NCBI GenBank assembly: GCA_964016885.1
Contig: OZ024741.1
Span: 154,318,001-154,382,000 of the forward strand
Length of the DNA stretch: 64,000 nucleotides
Origin: Eledone cirrhosa
Taxonomy: Eukaryota
Direction: 5' to 3'
Shown here: positions 57,418-64,000 of the stretch, piece after piece
Position numbering within the stretch: the first letter of the stretch is position 1
Layout: every line of letters begins with the position of its first letter
The notes under the pieces: model-generated
The model's input: only the letters and a program-made list of their open reading frames with translations
The model's database searches: none
Told to the model about the DNA's origin: nothing
Made by a program: the position numbers and the translations under genes

Positions 57418-59672
57418 TGCGACGCCAATGACATGTCGATATGTTACACAAACTTTAAAAAACCTGACAACCACCTGATCACCTATAGATCAGGGGAGCA
57501 TTCTAGTCAGATAGATTTTATCCTCATCAGAGGACGTGACAGATGGACGGTCATAAACACAAAAGCCTTCCCCAGTGAGGAATGTACATCCCAACATAGC
57601 TTAGTTGTCAGCGACCTCACGGTCAGAACTAGACGAACCTGGAAACAGAGGCCAACCTGGGAAGAAAGATCTGGAAGCTGAAAGTCCCCTCAACCAGTAA
57701 CAGATTTAAAGATATTTTACTCAACGCCTACGACAGTAAAGAAGAACAGATAGAGACATTCAATGTAGAAGAGAACTGGGAGTTCCTAAAAAATAATTTA
57801 CTAGAGGCGACGGATGAGGTCTGTGGCTGGAGTAAGACCTCAAGCAGGAGGAGAGTGACTTGGTGGTGGAACAATAAGGTAGATGAAGCAGTTAAGGCCA
57901 AGAGACAGGCATGGAAAGAATGGAAGAACGGGGGGAGCAGGGTACATTACATAGAGACCAAGAGGGAAGCTAGGCGACAAGTATACTTAGCTAGGAGGGA
58001 AGCAGAGGATAGAAAATTCAAGCATGTTTTGCAACGTGAGGACCAGAAACAGGAGGTGTTCAAGATTGCGAGGCAGTGTGTCAGAGATAGTTGTCATGTC
58101 ATTGGAGAGAAGTGTATCCGGAATGATAAAGGTGAGCTTGCCCTCACAAGTGCTGAGAAGAAAGATGCATGGAAGATGGAAGAGTCATTATGATAGATTA
58201 CTAAATGAGGAGAATGCATGGGAAGAAGAGACCCTACCCTAAGTAGACCCTATAGAGGGGCCAGCAGTACAAGTCAGCAGCAATGTAGTAAGTAAGGCAA
58301 TCAAAGAAATGAAGATGGGGAAGGCAACCGGTCCATCGGGTATAGCTGCCGAGATGCTGAAGGCATCTGGGTCTGTAGGTCACACTATAACCACACGTAT
58401 TGTTAACCAGGTAATACTAGAAGGTGTCATACCAAAAGATTGGTGCAGTAGCATCATTGTCAACTGCTACAAAGGTAAAGGCGATGCACTAGATAGAGGA
58501 AACTATAGAGGTATAAAGTTGATGGACCAGGTCATGAAAGTAATAGAAAGAGTTATAGCACAGTTGATTAGGGACCGGGTGGAAATAGACGAGATGCAAT
58601 TTGGGTTTGTACCAGGAAGAGGCACCACTGATGCCCTCTTCCTCGTGAGGCAATTACAGGAAAAGTACCTAGCTAAAAGTAAGCCACTCTACTTGGCATT
58701 TGTCGACCTTGAGAAAGCCTTTGACAGAGTTCCACGTGCTGTAATCTGGTGGGCTCTTAGAAAACTAGTAGATGAATGGCTTGTGAAAGCGGTACAAGCC
58801 ATGTATAGGGGAGCAGTCAGCAAAGTTAGGATTAGCAATGAGTATAGCGAGGAATTTAGCGTACAGGTTGGGGTCAACCAGGGCTCTGTTCTTAGCCCCC
58901 TCCTGTTCATCATAGTCCTGCAGGCAATAACGGAGGAGTTTAAGACCGGATGCCCATGGGAACTCCTGTATGCTGATGACCTCGCACTCATAGCTGAATC
59001 TATGGTAGAACTAGAGAATAAATTCCAAACTTGGAAGCAGGGACTAGAAAGAAAGGGTCTCAAAGTCAACATGACAAAGACTAAAGTCCTTGTAAGTAGA
59101 CGAGAAAACAGAACCCAGATCCCCTCAGGGAACTACTACAACTGCTAGCTGCAAAAGGCTTCTCCCTCAGAATGAAAGGCAGACTGTATGATGCGTGTAT
59201 CCGAACAGCAATGTTGCATGGTAGTGAGACCTGGGCGCTGAAGGTGGAAGACTTACGTAGATTAGAGAGAAACGAAGCCTGCATGCTCCGATGGATGTGT
59301 AACAGTAATATACGTGAACGACAAAGCATAAATGAATTGAGAGAGAGACTGAGCATAAGAGGAATCAAATGCTGTGTGCAGGAGAGGCGGTTGCGCTGGT
59401 ATGAACATGTGGTGCATATGAAGGATGACAGCTGCATAAAAAGGTGCAGAGCACTAGAAGTCGATGGAAACCGCGGAGTGGGGAGACCCAAGATGACCTG
59501 GGATGAGGTGATAAAAGCCGACCTTACACAATTACACCTCTCAAAGGCAATGACACACGACCGTGACCTCTGGCGTCACGCAGTAATACAGAGTACCCGA
59601 CCTCCCATGGGTACAAGCTGAAGCATATAGACAATATGCCCCCACACCGCCCACCACAATGATGATGATGAT
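57418..59672 (+). mobile_element. RTE LINE copy with 313-bp PHD deletion and truncated 3' UTR
   Basis: ORFs 57358-57681, 57855-58193, 58309-59148 and 59172-59621. Confidence 0.93.
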
Positions 59673-59692
59673 ATATATATATATATATATAT

Positions 59693-62295
59693 ATCATCAT
59701 CATCACCGTTTTACGTCCGTTCTTCCATGCTAGCATGGGTTAAACGGGTTGTCCTGTTGTGGGCAGTGTCTGGTCGGCTGACCATGTCTTGCTCATACAG
59801 GAACTGATTTGGCTTGATTTCTACAGCTGGATGCCCTTGCTAACACCAACCTCATTTACAGTGAGTGCTGGGTACTTTTTCGTGGCGCCTACACGTCCAC
59901 TTTACAGTGTGGGCTGGGTGCTTTTTTGCCATGGCACCTCCACGACTACCTTGCGGTGGGGGGGGGGGGGCATATTGTCTATATGCTTCAGCTTGTACCC
60001 ATGGGAGGTCAGGTACTCTGTATTACTGCGTGACGCCAGAGGTCACGGTCGTGTGTCATTGCCTTTGAGAGGTGTAATTGTGTAAGGTCGGCTTTTATCA
60101 CCTCATCCCAGGTCATCTTGGGTCTCCCCACTCCGCGGTTTCCATCAACTTCTAGTGTTCTGCACTTTTTTATGCAGCTGTCATCCTTCATACGCATCAC
60201 ATGTCCATACCAGCGCAACCGCCTCTCCTGCACACAGCATTTGATTCCTCTTATGCTCAGTCTCTCTCTCAATTCATTTATGCTTTGTCGTTCACGTATA
60301 TTACTGTTACACATCCATCGGAGCATGCAGGCTTCGTTTCTCTCTAATCTACGTAAGTCTTCCACCTTCAGCGCCCAGGTTTCACTACCATGCAACATTG
60401 CTGTTCGGATACACGCATCATACAGTCTGCCTTTCATTCTGAGGGAGAAGCCTTTTGCAGCTAGCAGTGGTAGTAGTTCCCTGAACTTCTTCCATCCCGT
60501 TCTTACTCTAGTTATTGTACTTTCTGAACACCCACCTCCGCTGCTAATTCGGTCACCTAGGTAGCAGAAGCTGTCTACTGTTTCTACAGAGCCCTCCCAG
60601 AGATTGGTGGTACTTGTTTCCTGTGGCTGTTTGTTGCTTGCTGTCTCAGCACAGCTGCTGCATGTAAAGCCTACATTCTTAATTAAGCTTCCTGAGATCC
60701 CGCTACATCTCTTGTGTACCCATTGTTTGCATTTGGGGCAGAGAATGGAGTTCCTACCTACACCCTTCCTACATACTGAGCAAGGCCATTTCCCTGAGGG
60801 GATCTGGGTTCTGTTTTCTCGTCTACTTACAAGGACCTTAGTCTTTGTCATGTTGACTTTGAGACCCTTTCTTTCTAGTCCCTGCTTCCAAGTTTGGAAT
60901 TTCTTCTCTAGTTCTACCATAGATTCAGCTATAAGTGCGAGGTCATCAGCATACAGGAGTTCCCATGGGCATCCGGTCTTAAACTCCTCCGTTATTGCCT
61001 GCAGGACTATGATGAACAGGAGGGGGCTAAGAACAGAACCCTGGTGGACCCCAACCTGTACGCTAAATTCATCGCTATACTCATTGCTAATCCTAACTTT
61101 GCTGACTGCTCCCCTATACATGGCTTGTACCACTTTCACAAGCCATTCATCTACTCCTAGTTTTCTAAAAGCCCACCAGATTACAGCACGTGGAACTCTG
61201 TCAAAGGCTTTCTCAAGGTCGACAAATGCCAAGTAGAGTGGCTTACTTTTAGCTAGGTACTTTTCCTGTAATTGCCTCACAAGGAAGAGGGCATCAGTGG
61301 TGCCTCTTCCTGGTACAAACCCAAATTGCATCTCGTCTATTTCCACCCGGTCCCTAATCAACTGTGCTATAACTCTTTCTGTTACTTTCATGACCTGGTC
61401 CATCAACTTTATACCTCTATAGTTTCCTCTATCTAGTGCATCACCTTTACCTTTGTAGCAGTTGACAATGATGCTACTGCACCAATCTTTTGGTATGACA
61501 CCTTCTAGTATTACCTGGTTAACAATACGTGTGGTTATAGTGTGACCTACAGACCCAGATGCCTTCAGCATCTCAGCAGCTATACCCGATGGACCGGTTG
61601 CCTTCCCCATCTTGATATCTTTGATTGCCTTACTTACTACGTTGCTGCTGACTTGTACTGCTGGCCCCTCTATAGGGTCTACTTGGGGTAGGGTCTCTTC
61701 TTCCCATGCATTCTCCTCATTTAGTAATCTATCATAATGACTCTTCCATCTTCCATGCATCTTTCTTCTCAGCACTTGTGAGGGCAAGCTCACCTTTATC
61801 ATTCCGGATACACTTCTCTCCAATGACATGACAACTATCTCTGACACACTGCCTCGCAATCTTGAACACCTCCTGTTTCTGGTCCTCACGTTGCAAAACA
61901 TGCTTGAATTTTCTATCCTCTGCTTCCCTCCTAGCTAAGTATACTTGTCGTCTAGCTTCCCTCTTGGTCTCTATGTAATGTACCCTGCTCCCCCCGTTCT
62001 TCCATTCTTTCCATGCCTGTCTCTTGGCCTTAACTGCTTCATCTACCTTATTGTTCCACCACCAAGTCACTCTCCTCCTGCTTGAGGTCTTACTCCAGCC
62101 ACAGACCTCATCCGTCGCCTCTAGTAAATTATTTTTTAGGAACTCCCAGTTCTCTTCTACATTGAATGTCTCTATCTGTTCTTCTTTACTGTCGTAGGCA
62201 TTGAGTAAAATATCTTTAAATCTGTTACTGGTTGAGGGGTCTTTCAGCTTCCAGATCTTTCTTCTCCAGGTTGGCCTCTGTTTCCAGGTTCGTCT
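59693..62295 (-). mobile_element. RTE LINE copy, inverted partner of 57418-59672, with intact RT-PHD frame and full 3' UTR
   Basis: ORF 60009-61901 (RT, YADD, PHD) and ORF 61732-62070; (GAT)n tail. Confidence 0.95.
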
Positions 62296-62304
62296 ATATA
62301 TATA

Positions 62305-62995
62305 TTAAGAGGGATCAGATGGTGTTTATTCGAGAGAAGACTACGTTGGTACGGTCACGTGATGCGCATAAAAGACGACAGCTGTATAAAAAAGTGCAGG
62401 GCGATCAAAATAGATGGAAGTTACGGAGTAGGTAGAACCAGAAAAACCTGGGACAATCTGATAGGAGGACATGATAAATTCCGACCTTGCATACTTGCAC
62501 TTCTCTAAGACAATGTCACTGGATCGAGATCTTTGGCGCCATGCTGTATTACAGAAGAACCGCCTTCCCTACGTGCAAAGTTAACCTACAGTTAGTAGGC
62601 CCCTCCAAGCCAAACATACACCCCAACCCACTACACCTACTCCATCCTCCCACTCCCGACCAACACCACCCTTTCACTATAAAGTTATGTTGTTACCACA
62701 ATATCCAGTCCAAACTAATGAGATTGTGTAGGTGTCACAACAAAAAAAAACATGCAGTATGCTGTAATGTGGTCGTGTAGGTAACACGGTAAAAAGTTGC
62801 CAGTCCACACTGTAAATGTGGTTGGTGTTAGGAAGGTCATCCAGCCGTAGCAAACCTGCCAGATAGTCCTATTCGAGCAAGACACAGTCACTCGACCAAT
62901 CTTGCCTCAAGTGGGACAACTCCCATCTAACCCATGCTAGCGGGAAAGATAGACGTTAAACGATGATGATGAGGATGATGATGATGATGATGATC
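62305..62995 (+). mobile_element. 3' fragment of RTE LINE
   Basis: RRLRWYGHV, 3' UTR module and (GAT)n tail. Confidence 0.88.
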
Positions 62996-63324
62996 GAAGG
63001 AGGTGTTTTGTGTGCAAGAGTACATAGAATATTCAGGCAATCTGAAGAGGCACCAACTCCAAAATATCAAAGTCACTGCTAAATATTTCTTCAGAAAATA
63101 TGTATATATACACACATTATCAACATTGATGAAGTTAAAGTACTTCCTCATCTTGGAAGGAATTTCTAGTGCTTTATGAAGTTTGACCTTTTTTTTTATT
63201 ATTGTAGCAATAAAAAGGCTCTGCTACCCCTCCACCTTCCATCTTGTACAGCTAGTGGTTCACAGTCTTTTCACTACCAAGAACCTTATTTATTTAAATG
63301 AAATTCCAATGATAATATCAATAA

Positions 63325-63575
63325 AAAGAGAGAAATGTTTATACCTAGAGAAGAATGGATACCCAATACTGCATGTTTATTATGTTTTTAACAAATTGTT
63401 ATACAGTGAGGATAACAATTGAAGGAGAGAAATGTTTATGCTTAGTGAAGAATGGATACTCAATAGAGTATAATTATAATGCTTGTAATAAAATACTTGA
63501 AATTGTTATAAAGTGATAAGAACTGAAAGAGAGAATGGTTTATAATTAGAGAAGAATGGGTACCCAATAATGTGT
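63325..63575. repeat. ~95-105-bp degenerate tandem repeat, 3 copies
   Basis: GAGAGAAATGTTTATA..TAGAGAAGAATGGATACCCAATA. Confidence 0.7.
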
Positions 63576-64000
63576 GTGTATTCTTGTAATTTTTAACTTA
63601 GTTCACAAACCCCTGGTATTACTTCTACTGGTCACTAGTACTACTGTTGTGGACTCCAATTTGGGCACTGTTGTATTAAGCCATCATCATCATCATCATC
63701 ATCCTTCGACTCCTCTGTGAGCAGTCAGAACTCTCTTGACAATCCCTTTCCACACTGTTCGGTCCTGCATTGCTGTCCCCAGATTCCTTATGTCCAGCCC
63801 TGAGTCCTGATCTATGGTGTCTGGGAAAGTCAGTTTTCATGAATAGACACATCCATCCCAGTGTTGGTAAATTTGTTCAAATGAAATTCATCATCATCAT
63901 TGTCCCACGCTGACATAGGTTGGACAGGTTGTCATGGTCTGAGGTTAGATGGGTTGGAGAGACCTCACCATGCTCATATATTCTATATTTGGTGTGGTTT

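Noticed and set aside
60118-61236. Antisense ORFs overlapping the LINE RT (also 4052-4990, 21656-22156, 59081-59491)
   Set aside because: Shadow frames opposite coding sequence; boundaries not conserved among copies

Overview
AT-rich eukaryotic genomic DNA, most likely an octopus or other coleoid cephalopod. This is inferred from the Nin- and Meta-type SINE cores, the RTE LINEs with (GAT)n tails and the huge (TA)n arrays. Nearly the whole window is repeat-derived. It holds about 15 pieces of RTE-clade LINEs, two tRNA-SINE families, Penelope-like elements (PLEs) with hammerhead-ribozyme motifs, a hAT/Charlie element with intact TIRs and TSD, a mariner relic, TTAA-flanked MITEs, a Gypsy LTR/gag relic and many micro/minisatellites. 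No complete host gene is visible. Three short plus-strand exon candidates (14145, 28765, 35310) suggest the window may be intronic sequence of a large gene. The most notable points are: (1) a C4HC3 PHD finger inserted inside the RT domain of the RTE LINEs; (2) several minimal or variant hammerhead motifs, with fold-back palindromes whose apex lies in or next to the ribozyme; (3) a ~2-kb tail-to-tail inverted LINE duplication sharing a private frameshift; (4) repeated (GAT)n-(TA)n insertion junctions. Most long ORFs in the track (YI/IY, VC, HT repeats) are microsatellite artefacts. All calls are by eye; no database searches were run.
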